A stretch of DNA of 36,034 bases, taken from positions 1 to 36,034 of the forward strand of contig JADFOP010000017.1 in assembly GCA_022562795.1 (NCBI GenBank), read 5' to 3'. The notes below the pieces were generated by a model, which worked only from the letters and a program-made list of their open reading frames with translations, was not told the DNA's origin and did no database searches. The DNA is from Nitrospinota bacterium (lineage in GTDB: Bacteria > JADFOP01). The first letter of the stretch is position 1; each line of letters starts with the position of its first letter. The position numbers and the translations under genes are program-made. Below, piece by piece: positions 17,401 through 24,918 of this stretch.

Positions 17401-17894
17401 GCCTCGTCGTCAAGAATCGAATTCTGACGACCAAACACGGCGACCGCATGTCCTTCATCACCCTGGAGGACCTCCACGGATTCCTGGAAATAGTTGTGTT
17501 CCCGGAGCTCTTTAAGCAGGCCGAGGAGCTCCTAATGGCCGTCGAGATGGGAGAGGAGCAGCCGGTGATGGTCCGCGGCACGGTAGATGTCGCCGATGAC
17601 GCTGTCAAGGTGATCGGCGCGGCCGTCACCCCCCTGAGCGAGTACGCCGAGCGGGTGGCCACTCGTGTCGCTGTTCGGGTGCCTACGACGGGGCTCACCA
17701 GTAAAGACTTGGCGGAGCTCAAGTCTATTCTTAAACGCCATCCTGGGGATGCTAGGGTAGAGCTCAAGCTCACCAGCGCGGACCGACGCCAGACGACTCT
17801 CGCCCTCAACCGCGACCTCGGAGTCGCCGCCTCTTCGGAACTCATCGAGGAGGTGGAGGCCCTATTGGGCCAAAACCTAGTTCATTTCGACTGA
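14433..17894 (+). CDS. dnaE: DNA polymerase III alpha subunit
   Basis: FVHLHLHTQYSLLDG PHP domain, GRGSAAGS, PDIDVDF, YGFNKSH, OB fold; no intein-sized insertion. Confidence 0.98.
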   Translation: MRHSDFVHLHLHTQYSLLDGAIRLGPLFERLNEHRMPAVAVTDHGNLFGAIEFYRKALDAGIKPIIGCEVYVAPGDRRERSQASGGETNYHLTLLAKNLTGYKNLVKLVSEGYLTGFYYRPRIDKELLKEHSEGLVCLSGCMSGEIATNFVRGQPDVARRAALFYRELFGDRFYIELQDHGIAAQRELNETLRGLARELGSQVVATNDCHYLSGDDAPAHEVLLCIQTGKTMSDPGRMRFATEEFYVKSAEEMKATFGALPEAVENTLAVAERCNLELRFDQVNLPRYAVPDGESLDGYLEKLAAEGLERRLAHIRDKEGRRTDEAAYHARLEKELATITGMGYESYFLIVWDFIDYAKRRGIPVGPGRGSAAGSLVAYALGVTDLDPLSYGLLFERFLNPERIGMPDIDVDFCVERRDEVIEYVVGKYGRDNVAQIITFGSMMAKAVIRDVGRAYDMPYGDVDRIAKLVPDRLQITLAEAQAEQPRLKDLRERDERTDTLLGTAERLEGLLRHASTHAAGVVISPWPLTEMVPLYKGAKGEVTTQYAMHYVEALGLLKMDFLGLRTLTLMANALRLIEASRGLKLALADIPLDDPAAYQLLSEARTFGVFQLESRGIRELLSKLKPTAIDDVIATVALYRPGPLGSGMVDDFILRKHGQVDITYEVPELEEVLRETYGVIVYQEQVMEIASRLGGFTLGEADILRRAMGKKRPDEMALQRERFLKGAAERGIDQAKAERIFQRMEYFAGYGFNKSHSAAYGLIAYQTAFLKANYPVEFMAALLTSEAENTDKVMVYMGECREMEITVSPPDVNESDKQFTVVGDTIRFGLAAVKNVGGSAVDAILSARAEGGAFTSLADFCRRADLRAVNRRVAESLIKCGAFDSLGLSRQPLLQALEATMEAGQRLQRDQAIGQMGMFAPEAGGLDEPSLEGPEWSDAERLANEKEALGFYITGHPLAAYTKAIRRFATATTASVAEMSHGEEVAIGGLVVKNRILTTKHGDRMSFITLEDLHGFLEIVVFPELFKQAEELLMAVEMGEEQPVMVRGTVDVADDAVKVIGAAVTPLSEYAERVATRVAVRVPTTGLTSKDLAELKSILKRHPGDARVELKLTSADRRQTTLALNRDLGVAASSELIEEVEALLGQNLVHFD

Positions 17895-17909
17895 ATTAGC
17901 CGGAAGGAC

Positions 17910-17938
17910 TTGACTTTCTAGTCCCCCTGGAATATCAT
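17910..17938 (+). promoter_or_regulatory. Internal sigma70 promoter for accA
   Basis: TTGACT-N17-TATCAT. Confidence 0.55.
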
Positions 17939-17982
17939 TGGCTTTTCGTTTATCAAACTTTCCATAACTAGGAGCTATTATA

Positions 17983-18942
17983 ATGCCTCTTCAATCGGTT
18001 GAATTTGAACGTCCTATCGTTGAGATTGAGAAGAAGATCGAGGAGCTGAGAATTATCGCCAACGGCGGCGGGATGGATGTGGACGAGGAGATACGCCGGC
18101 TGGAGAAGAAAGCCCGGCAGATGACCCGAGACCTCTACCTCAAGTTGAACCGCTGGCAGCGTACCCTCTTGGCCCGCCACCCCAAACGGCCGTACACGCT
18201 CGACTACATCCGGCTTATGTGCTCGGATTTCATTGAGCTCCACGGCGATCGCTCCTACGCCGACGACCGTTCCCTGGTAGGGGGCATGGCCTGGTTTGAA
18301 GGCGTGCCCATCATGGTAATGGGCCAGCAAAAGGGACGCACCACCAAGGAGAAGGTCTACCGCAACTTCGGCATGGCCCATCCCGAGGGCTACCGGAAAG
18401 CCCTGCGCTTGATGAAGATCGCCGAGAAATTCGGCCGACCGATTCTAACCCTGATCGACACCCCCGGCGCTTACCCAGGCATCGGCGCAGAGGAGCGTGG
18501 CCAGGCCGAGGCGATCGCGCGGAATCAGTTTGAGATGGCCACCCTCCGAGTGCCTTTTATCGCCGCCGTCATAGGCGAGGGGGGCAGCGGAGGCGCCTTG
18601 GCCCTTGGCGTCGGCAATCGGGTCATCATGCAGGAGAACGCCATCTACTCGGTCATATCCCCAGAAGGCTGCGCCTCCATCCTCTGGCGCGACACCGCCA
18701 AGGCTCCCGAGGCGGCTGAGGCCATGAAGATTACGGCCAAGGACCTTTCAGAGCTCGGGGTTGTGGATGAAATTGTCAGAGAACCCATGGGAGGGGCCCA
18801 CCGCGACCACAATCGGGCCGCCTCGCTGCTGCGCCGGGTCATCCGCCGCCACCTGGGGGAGCTCATGGCCATGAGCCCCGAGGAGCTTATCGCCCATCGC
18901 TACGATAGGTTCCGACGCCTGGGTGTCTACACCGAAAAATAA
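17983..18942 (+). CDS. accA: Acetyl-CoA carboxylase carboxyltransferase alpha subunit
   Basis: ARHPKRP, NFGMAHPEGYRKA, DTPGAYPG, GEGGSGGALA, SVISPEGCASIL; conserved dnaE-accA order. Confidence 0.98.
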   Translation: MPLQSVEFERPIVEIEKKIEELRIIANGGGMDVDEEIRRLEKKARQMTRDLYLKLNRWQRTLLARHPKRPYTLDYIRLMCSDFIELHGDRSYADDRSLVGGMAWFEGVPIMVMGQQKGRTTKEKVYRNFGMAHPEGYRKALRLMKIAEKFGRPILTLIDTPGAYPGIGAEERGQAEAIARNQFEMATLRVPFIAAVIGEGGSGGALALGVGNRVIMQENAIYSVISPEGCASILWRDTAKAPEAAEAMKITAKDLSELGVVDEIVREPMGGAHRDHNRAASLLRRVIRRHLGELMAMSPEELIAHRYDRFRRLGVYTEK

Positions 18943-19207
18943 GGTCCGGCTTCCCGCTGCTGGGTTATTCCTAAAGACCCTCCACGGGCTTCTTTCCTCG
19001 ACCCGCCGGACCTGTTACCGTTTCATATGACCCCCGATATTCCTTCCAGGGACCGATAGGCTAAGCACGGTTGCTCTCTCATAGCAAGGAAGCATTTCTA
19101 GGAGAGACAGGACCTCTGCCCCTTATTCGTGGAAAAGCCGGCGGGGGAAATCTACATCAGATGGGAAGCCCTCATCCCTGGCTGTCTCGCAGTGGGTAGA
19201 GGTGTTC

Positions 19208-19639
19208 CTAATAGAGGCCTTGCTCCAGGTACCTGAGCTCCAGCTCAAGCTCCAAGGTACGGGCCCTGGCGCGCTCCCGCTCGATCTCCAGCTCCAGATA
19301 CCTCTGCTGGTTAGCCTGGACAACCACCACCTGCGGCTGGGCCGTCGGATGGGGCTGGTTGACCAAGGAGCCTACGACGAGCCCTAGCATCGTTCCGCTG
19401 GCCAGCGCGACAAAAGCGGCTCCGTTGTCATGCCTCTCGATGATTGTGGTGGACGATGAATGGATGGGGATGGCATGGTGGCGACCGCGGAAGCCGTGAT
19501 GGCCGCGGAAGCCGTGGCCGCCGTGGATAGCGGAACCACCGCGGATACCGTGGCGACCGTTACGGGCCCAGGCCGAGCTCATGGGTGCCAAGCAAAGGCT
19601 AACAACCAGGGCGAGAGTCGTCGTCTTTAAGAACTTCAT
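19208..19639 (-). CDS. Exported His/Gly/Arg-rich protein with glycine-zipper-like segment and charged helical tail, 143 aa
   Basis: Signal peptide ending AWA; HGFRG repeats; AGGAGAGG SD; N-terminus paralogous to the upstream gene. Confidence 0.8.
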   Translation of the reverse strand: MKFLKTTTLALVVSLCLAPMSSAWARNGRHGIRGGSAIHGGHGFRGHHGFRGRHHAIPIHSSSTTIIERHDNGAAFVALASGTMLGLVVGSLVNQPHPTAQPQVVVVQANQQRYLELEIERERARARTLELELELRYLEQGLY

Positions 19640-19678
19640 GATGTCCTCTCCTAACTAAGCGTCTGCCGCATTATGGGG

Positions 19679-19990
19679 TCACCTCGGGAAACGATGACCG
19701 CGGAAGTCGTGGCGGGCGCGGAAGTCGTGGCGGGCGCGGAAGCCGTGACGGGCGCGGAAGTCGTGGCGGGCGCGGAAGTCGTGGCGGGCGCGGAAGCCGT
19801 GGCGATGGTGGAAGAAGTGGCGACGGTGGGTTTTGTGGTGACCGTGGATTCCGTGGTAGGGGTGGAAGGCGTGAAGGCCAATGATACCGTGCCGGCTGTG
19901 GCGACCGCTACGGGCCCAGGCAGGGCTCATGGACGCCAAGCTGAAGCCAACAGCCAGGGTGAGAATCGTGAGGGTCTTAAAGGTCTTCAT
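19679..19990 (-). CDS. Exported His/Arg-rich tandem-repeat peptide, 103 aa
   Basis: MKTFKTLTILTLAVGFSLASMSPAWA signal peptide; ARH[DG]FR repeats; GAGGAG SD. Confidence 0.8.
   Translation of the reverse strand: MKTFKTLTILTLAVGFSLASMSPAWARSGRHSRHGIIGLHAFHPYHGIHGHHKTHRRHFFHHRHGFRARHDFRARHDFRARHGFRARHDFRARHDFRGHRFPR
19700..19804. repeat. 18-bp coding tandem repeat, about 5.8 copies
   Basis: Unit GCGGAAGTCGTGGCGGGC starting at 19700, 19718, 19736, 19754, 19772 and 19790 (partial). Confidence 0.95.
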
Positions 19991-20039
19991 GATGTCTTCT
20001 CCTCTATGTGAGCCTGAATCTAAGGCTTCTGCCAAGAGG

Positions 20040-20064
20040 AACCCACGGGGTTTAAGAAAGTTGC
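20040..20064 (-). promoter_or_regulatory. Putative ECF-sigma promoter of the His-rich peptide genes
   Basis: GCAACTT-N12-TGGGTT, same conserved blocks and spacing as 21861-21885. Confidence 0.75.
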
Positions 20065-20087
20065 GGCAGGTAAGGAGAAATAATTGC

Positions 20088-20528
20088 TCAGCGGTATCGA
20101 GGAAGGAAGACGGAGGGCCTACGGGGCTGGTTGAAGGTACGGTTTCTAGGAACGATGGGGTTGCGGGGCGGAATAATCACGGGAGGCCGGAAGGGAGGTC
20201 GCTGTTGTTCGATTAGACTGCGGCGCTCCCTGTGCGGAAGCTCGCGGAATTGGTGATACTTCCTTCGCATGTGGGCCCTCTTTTCCGCATTCATGTCCTG
20301 CCATTGATTCCAGCGGCGGTTGAACTCGAGCTTCTCGTCGCCCGGGAGCCCCTGATATTCCCTCCACAGATTGATTAGACGCTGACGATCTACGGGTGAA
20401 AACGCTCGCCATCGCTCCAGGCGGCGCTGGTAGTCTTCCAGCGTCGGGCCACGTTGAGCGAATGCCGGAGCGGCGAAGAATCCTACAACCAGGGCCAATG
20501 CGGTAAGCTGACGCCATGCTCGTTTCAT
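20088..20528 (-). CDS. Exported DUF3106-like helical-repeat protein
   Basis: Signal peptide ending AFA; repeated W/Y/F-xx-L-[SP]-xxx-R units; typical third gene of ECF/anti-sigma operons. Confidence 0.75.
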   Translation of the reverse strand: MKRAWRQLTALALVVGFFAAPAFAQRGPTLEDYQRRLERWRAFSPVDRQRLINLWREYQGLPGDEKLEFNRRWNQWQDMNAEKRAHMRRKYHQFRELPHRERRSLIEQQRPPFRPPVIIPPRNPIVPRNRTFNQPRRPSVFLPRYR

Positions 20529-20676
20529 CAGGGCTCCCTTGCCTGGGCTTGACGTCGACATAGGGGGTTCCTCAGCTGAAGGGTTCTGGGCTTCGTCCCA
20601 CAGGGGAGTCTAGCAAAACCAGGATGACGAGGATTGATCCTCGCCGCTTCCAAACCCTCCAAATCCACAAGTCGCC

Positions 20677-21171
20677 TCACTGTTCCCGGACCACATCCTG
20701 GTGCTCCGGGAGGTCGATTTTCTCTAACAGGTCGAAATATTTAATGATGTCGTACTCTTCGAGGAGATCGAGATTAGCCACCACCTGACGCTCCTCAACT
20801 GAGAGGCTCGCCAGCTGTGGCGCCTCCCGGGAGGTACGATGGAGGTCGAAATCCCCGAAAATTATCAGCACCGCCGCTGCCGAAGCGAGGGCCAGGGCGG
20901 CCCACCGGTACCAAGTTGGGAATCGAGGAACCCTGCTCAGCCCGGAACGACCCTCGTCCCGTGCCCGCTCGAGCGTGCGGCGGGCGAGGTCGGGCGGGAC
21001 CTCCACAGGCTCGTCGTCGGCCAAGAGCTCCCATACGCCGGTGAGGCGGTCGGCCTCGGCGCGACAGGCCTCACATATGGAAAGATGCTGAGCGACCTTC
21101 GCCGCCTCCGGGGGCTTCAAAAAGCCCTCGCTGTAGGCGGCAAGCTCGTTGCGAATCTGCTCACACGACAT
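20677..21171 (-). CDS. Zinc-binding anti-sigma factor (zf-HC2) with one TM helix
   Basis: MSCEQIR...HLSICEAC (HxxxCxxC) and hydrophobic WAALALASAAAVLIIF; follows the sigma gene. Confidence 0.9.
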   Translation of the reverse strand: MSCEQIRNELAAYSEGFLKPPEAAKVAQHLSICEACRAEADRLTGVWELLADDEPVEVPPDLARRTLERARDEGRSGLSRVPRFPTWYRWAALALASAAAVLIIFGDFDLHRTSREAPQLASLSVEERQVVANLDLLEEYDIIKYFDLLEKIDLPEHQDVVREQ

Positions 21172-21232
21172 AATGGGCCTCTCTAGTCCCGTAAACTCCA
21201 TAGGGAGGTGAAAGTTTCGTGTCTCTTATCGA

Positions 21233-21808
21233 TTATTTGTCTCCCTCCACCAACGGAGCAAGGCGCTTCGCCAAGGTGCGGCGTGCTCGAACCAGAAGAC
21301 TTTTTACCGCCGAGACCGTTGTTCCCAGCGCTTGGGCAATCTCCTCGTACGAAAGCTCCTCGTATCGTCGGCAGATTACTGCCATCCGCTGGGCCGGGGG
21401 GAGGTCTTGAATGGCCGCCCTTACTAACGTAGCCCGCTCGGCCGAAAGGAGCCGATCTTCAGGTAGCGGTTCCTCCGAGGCCAGGCGGGCTATTCCTCCA
21501 CCGGACGGGCCCTCGCCGAGCTCCTCGTCGATGGAAACTTCCCGTCCGACGCGGCGCAACTCATTCCAACATAGCCGCCTTACGATTGTAAATAGCCAGG
21601 TTCGGAACGCGGCGGTCGGCTCGTAACGGGGAGCCGCCCGCCAAACTCGGAGGAAAACCTCCTGGGTCAACTCTTCGGCCCGGCCCGTATCGCCCACGAA
21701 CCGTCGGATCGTATTTAGTACGACCGAGCTGTGACGGGCGATCAGCTGTTCGAAGGCCGCCTCGTCGCCAGCCGCCAAAGCCTCCATCCAACGATGTTCT
21801 GGCTCCAT
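21233..21808 (-). CDS. ECF RNA polymerase sigma factor
   Basis: AEELTQEVFLRVW, FRTWLFTI, LSYEEIAQALG..VSAVKSLLVRAR (regions 2 and 4 only). Confidence 0.95.
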   Translation of the reverse strand: MEPEHRWMEALAAGDEAAFEQLIARHSSVVLNTIRRFVGDTGRAEELTQEVFLRVWRAAPRYEPTAAFRTWLFTIVRRLCWNELRRVGREVSIDEELGEGPSGGGIARLASEEPLPEDRLLSAERATLVRAAIQDLPPAQRMAVICRRYEELSYEEIAQALGTTVSAVKSLLVRARRTLAKRLAPLVEGDK

Positions 21809-21860
21809 CCGTCAATCTCGCTTTATTCCGACACACCTCTCCACGCCTCCGTTAAATACA

Positions 21861-21885
21861 AACCCATCGGCCGAGAGGAAGTTGC
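21861..21885 (-). promoter_or_regulatory. Putative autoregulatory ECF promoter
   Basis: GCAACTT-N12-TGGGTT ending 52 bp before the sigma ATG. Confidence 0.75.
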
Positions 21886-22280
21886 GTAGAATTCGAAGCG
21901 CCCGACTTCTTAGTCCTTATCTAACCCGACAAGCGATTGAAGGCCCTTTGATCCTGGTGCTGGCTCAGATATTGTGACCCCTGTAGCCCTTGCACATGCC
22001 GCAAGAGCATGTACCTTCCAGCGTGCAGCATTTATTTGAGTACCCAAAGGATGAAAGGGTTGAATCCAGCAGCGGGTTTTCTCCTGGAACGGAGGAAAGG
22101 ACGACGTAAGGGCAGACCTAGGCGATTAGTCGTTCGGAAGGGGGCCAACGGCCCTCTGCTGAATTATCAATATTCACGGGTTCGGCTATCTTGAGTTATT
22201 AACTCTTTCATTTTAAGGCGTTTAGGGGAGATGATATCGTCAAAATATGTCCATTAAATAGATTTGCGCTTATGCATAGC

Positions 22281-22311
22281 AAAGGGCCGGGCCCTTTCCA
22301 GGACCCGGCCC
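22281..22311 (-). terminator. Probable intrinsic terminator of fbp
   Basis: Minus strand GGGCCGGGTCC-tggaaa-GGGCCCGGCCC-TTT, about 30 bp after the stop; U-tract is short. Confidence 0.6.
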
Positions 22312-22343
22312 ATATCCACTTAGCTACTTTTTGAAACGTCTTC

Positions 22344-23450
22344 TCAGCGGACTTTGAACTTAGTCTCCAGCTTTCCAAGCCGCTCGACGATGCCTCCGTA
22401 CTCGAGTTCCGAGTATGGGAGCATCGCCACGCCCGAGAAGCCCTGGGTGCGGATTTCGATGGCCTTCTGGCTTACCAAATCTCTAACGTGGTCCCAGAAG
22501 GGGTGGTCGAAGACGTCGGCCGCCTCGGTAAACTTGCCGTTGTGGACGCAGAAAGCGGCAGACGAGACGATTGGTGGCCCGTCAAAGAAACTGATGGAGG
22601 AGTTTTGCTTAACCGGCATCAGGGGCCCTGTGTGGCTGCCCCGCATGTAGCCGGCCACGTAGTGACCCAGGCGGAAAGGGCTTAGGATCTCGCCGGTGGC
22701 TGGAAAGGCCCCCTGGGTGCGAACGAGCATGACCGGGTCGTCCTTGCCTGTGTAGCGGCCGGCGATGAGGCTTAGGCGGGTCGTGGAGACCGACACACAC
22801 TGCTCCATGTTGGTCCGGGAGTGGATGCTATCTACCACGAAGCGCTCGTTGTCGCGCAAAAGAGCCGTAATATCGTAAAGGTCCTCGGGGGCGTTGAGCT
22901 CGATTACCTTGTCTCCCTCGGTGTGTGTCACATCCATGATGGTGAACTGGAAGCCCTCGCTCATGGCCGGCGAAAGCATGAGGCCTGTATTGTGCATAGG
23001 GTCGGCGAAGGAGAGGTAGATCGGGAGGTTGTAGGCACCCGGGTCTGTCTTGTCGGCAGCGAAAAAGAGGAAGGGCTCGTTGGGCCGCTCGACGAACTCC
23101 AGCTCAGCCACCGCCGGGCCCATCCCCTTGATGTTGCCGCTGAAAGAGTCTTTGAGGAGGTCCTGGCCCGCCCCGTAGAGGCCTTGCTCCTTGGCCGTCT
23201 CGGTGCCAACCAAGAAGGCGTCCCAGGCCATCTTGTGGATCGCTTCGTCCTCCACACCCCGATCGTGGGCCATGAGGATGGCGATGTCGTCGCCGGTGTG
23301 GGAGATGAAGGAGTCCGTAATCAAGCCCCGGCCCTCCTGCTCGACGAACTCGGTGACCCGGTCGAGCAAACGCTGGGAGGGCTTGATGTGTCCCCCGATG
23401 CTCCCGATATCGGCTTTGATTACGCTGATGGTGGTTTTGCCTTCCGCCAT
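22344..23450 (-). CDS. fbp: Bifunctional fructose-1,6-bisphosphate aldolase/phosphatase (class V FBPase)
   Basis: SVIKADIGS..GH, GDD, YGAGQDLL.DSFSGN, DKTDPGAYN, YTGKDDP (Schiff-base Lys), MRGSH, FDGPP. Confidence 0.95.
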   Translation of the reverse strand: MAEGKTTISVIKADIGSIGGHIKPSQRLLDRVTEFVEQEGRGLITDSFISHTGDDIAILMAHDRGVEDEAIHKMAWDAFLVGTETAKEQGLYGAGQDLLKDSFSGNIKGMGPAVAELEFVERPNEPFLFFAADKTDPGAYNLPIYLSFADPMHNTGLMLSPAMSEGFQFTIMDVTHTEGDKVIELNAPEDLYDITALLRDNERFVVDSIHSRTNMEQCVSVSTTRLSLIAGRYTGKDDPVMLVRTQGAFPATGEILSPFRLGHYVAGYMRGSHTGPLMPVKQNSSISFFDGPPIVSSAAFCVHNGKFTEAADVFDHPFWDHVRDLVSQKAIEIRTQGFSGVAMLPYSELEYGGIVERLGKLETKFKVR

Positions 23451-23613
23451 TTGACGCCTCCTTGGCCTTTAGGGTAGGCTTGATGAGAGGCTGGCCGGCC
23501 TTGCGCCGGCTGCTCGCGTGTAGCGAGAACGATAGCCTGCCCCGGAGCGATTGTTTGGTTCGCTATGGATTTCGACATCCCTGTTACGTCTGTGGATTGT
23601 ACGCTCGATGGAC

Positions 23614-23693
23614 ATAATACGCTACCCCGGGTTGAAATGCAAGCCTCCCCTAGGGGGAGTCCCTTGACAGTCGGGGACCGAACCTGATAGAAG
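23614..23693. promoter_or_regulatory. Back-to-back promoters for fbp and trxA with a central dyad
   Basis: Minus strand TTGCAT-N17-TATTAT (23642-23614); plus strand TTGACA-N18-TAGAAG (23664-23693); CTCCCC-TAG-GGGGAG at 23645-23659. Confidence 0.5.
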
Positions 23694-23768
23694 GTGTAAA
23701 CGCGGCAGGGGCTCTTCAAGGTGGTCTAAAATTGTTGATAGACGTAACGGTAAAGGAGCGTTCCAGCT

Positions 23769-24095
23769 ATGAGCGGTAATATTCTTGAGCTGACTGACGA
23801 GAACTTCGACGAATTTCTAATACAAGACGGTTTGCCCACGATGGTTGATTTTTGGGCCGAGTGGTGCGCCCCCTGCAAGACCCTCGCACCCGTGGTCGAA
23901 GACCTGGCCGAAGAGTACGCAGGCAAGCTCAGGGTGGGCAAACTAAACGTTGACGATAACCCGAAAACCGCATCCCGATTTTCCATCCGTGGTATCCCGA
24001 CTCTGCTTATTTTTAAGGGTGCGGACGTCCAGGAGCAGATTGTCGGCGCCCAACCCAAGGGCTCCATAAAACAGTCTATGGACAAGGTAGTTTAA
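23769..24095 (+). CDS. trxA: Thioredoxin
   Basis: VDFWAEWCAPCK, LNVDDNP, IRGIPTL; AAGGAG SD. Confidence 0.96.
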   Translation: MSGNILELTDENFDEFLIQDGLPTMVDFWAEWCAPCKTLAPVVEDLAEEYAGKLRVGKLNVDDNPKTASRFSIRGIPTLLIFKGADVQEQIVGAQPKGSIKQSMDKVV

Positions 24096-24375
24096 AAGTT
24101 AAATTTTAGTCTAAACATGTCCTTTGCAAGAGCTTGATATAGTGCATGTAACACGGGCTAGAACACTTATTTCATGGTCTCCCCTAAAGGCTCTTGCGCC
24201 GACCTCGTTCATCGCTTTCCATAAATCCTAAACGAGCTCCTCGAGCGGTCGATCCAGCCCTTGCCTGCCTGAGCAGGTTCAGGGACAAGCGCTCAGCTTG
24301 CGATTATCCTCGTCATGAAATCGAGGGAGGGGGAGGATTGTCACGTTTTTATGAAATGGGAAGGTTAAGAGAGGG

Positions 24376-24918
24376 CTATGGGATGGACTCCAGGAATCCC
24401 TTCACTACTTCGTCCGGGTCGAGCCCCAGACACGAGGCGTAGGTTTTTAGAAAGCCTCGGAGGAAGAAAGGGCCGGGAAGGGCTTCAATATCTTCGGCCT
24501 CGATGGCTTCAAGATGGCTAACTTTAATCTTCGTTTCGTAAGAGATTGTCTCCAGGTTGATTCCTAGGGCCTCTCGGTGGCGCTTTAAGTTTGGGCCTCG
24601 GAATTTCTTGGGCGCCTTTGTAGGGGTTATCGGCTTCGCCTCAACAAATTCAGCTGTTTTCGGCGCTGATTCATCCTCATGGCTTAGGGAGTGGTCGTAC
24701 CTGGCCCGGCTTCCGGAGTCCATGAGAGTTCGGTAGGCTACGTAGAGCTGCTGGCGCATTATCGCCCTCTCCTCCTCCTCCACAACGTTGTGTGCGGCGA
24801 TGGAGTCGGGCCCGTAGGTTGCGAGCCCAGCGTGGTAAGCTCTCTGAATTTCCTTTGCGCTGGCCCATAGCTCTACGTTGAGCAGTTCGTAGCAGGTGAG
24901 CTCTGCTAGGGGTTTCAT
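24376..24918 (-). CDS. Degenerate J-domain plus RodZ-type (HTH_25) helix-turn-helix protein
   Basis: YELLNV..AS.KEIQRAY...R..YD at the N-terminus; LKRHREALGINLETIS..TKI...LEAIE...LPG..FLRGFLKTYA..LGLD at the C-terminus. Confidence 0.8.
   Translation of the reverse strand: MKPLAELTCYELLNVELWASAKEIQRAYHAGLATYGPDSIAAHNVVEEEERAIMRQQLYVAYRTLMDSGSRARYDHSLSHEDESAPKTAEFVEAKPITPTKAPKKFRGPNLKRHREALGINLETISYETKIKVSHLEAIEAEDIEALPGPFFLRGFLKTYASCLGLDPDEVVKGFLESIP

Noticed and set aside
3397-18872. Long antisense or overlapping ORFs (e.g. 3735-4967, 5324-6160, 8254-8979, 16743-17477)
   Set aside because: Shadow ORFs of well-supported genes, expected from GC-rich codon bias; no recognisable motifs.
19651-20011. 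AEVVAG-repeat (+) and APATTS-repeat (-) ORFs
   Set aside because: These are alternative frames of the 18-bp repeat. Only the His-rich frame has an SD, a signal peptide and a paralog.
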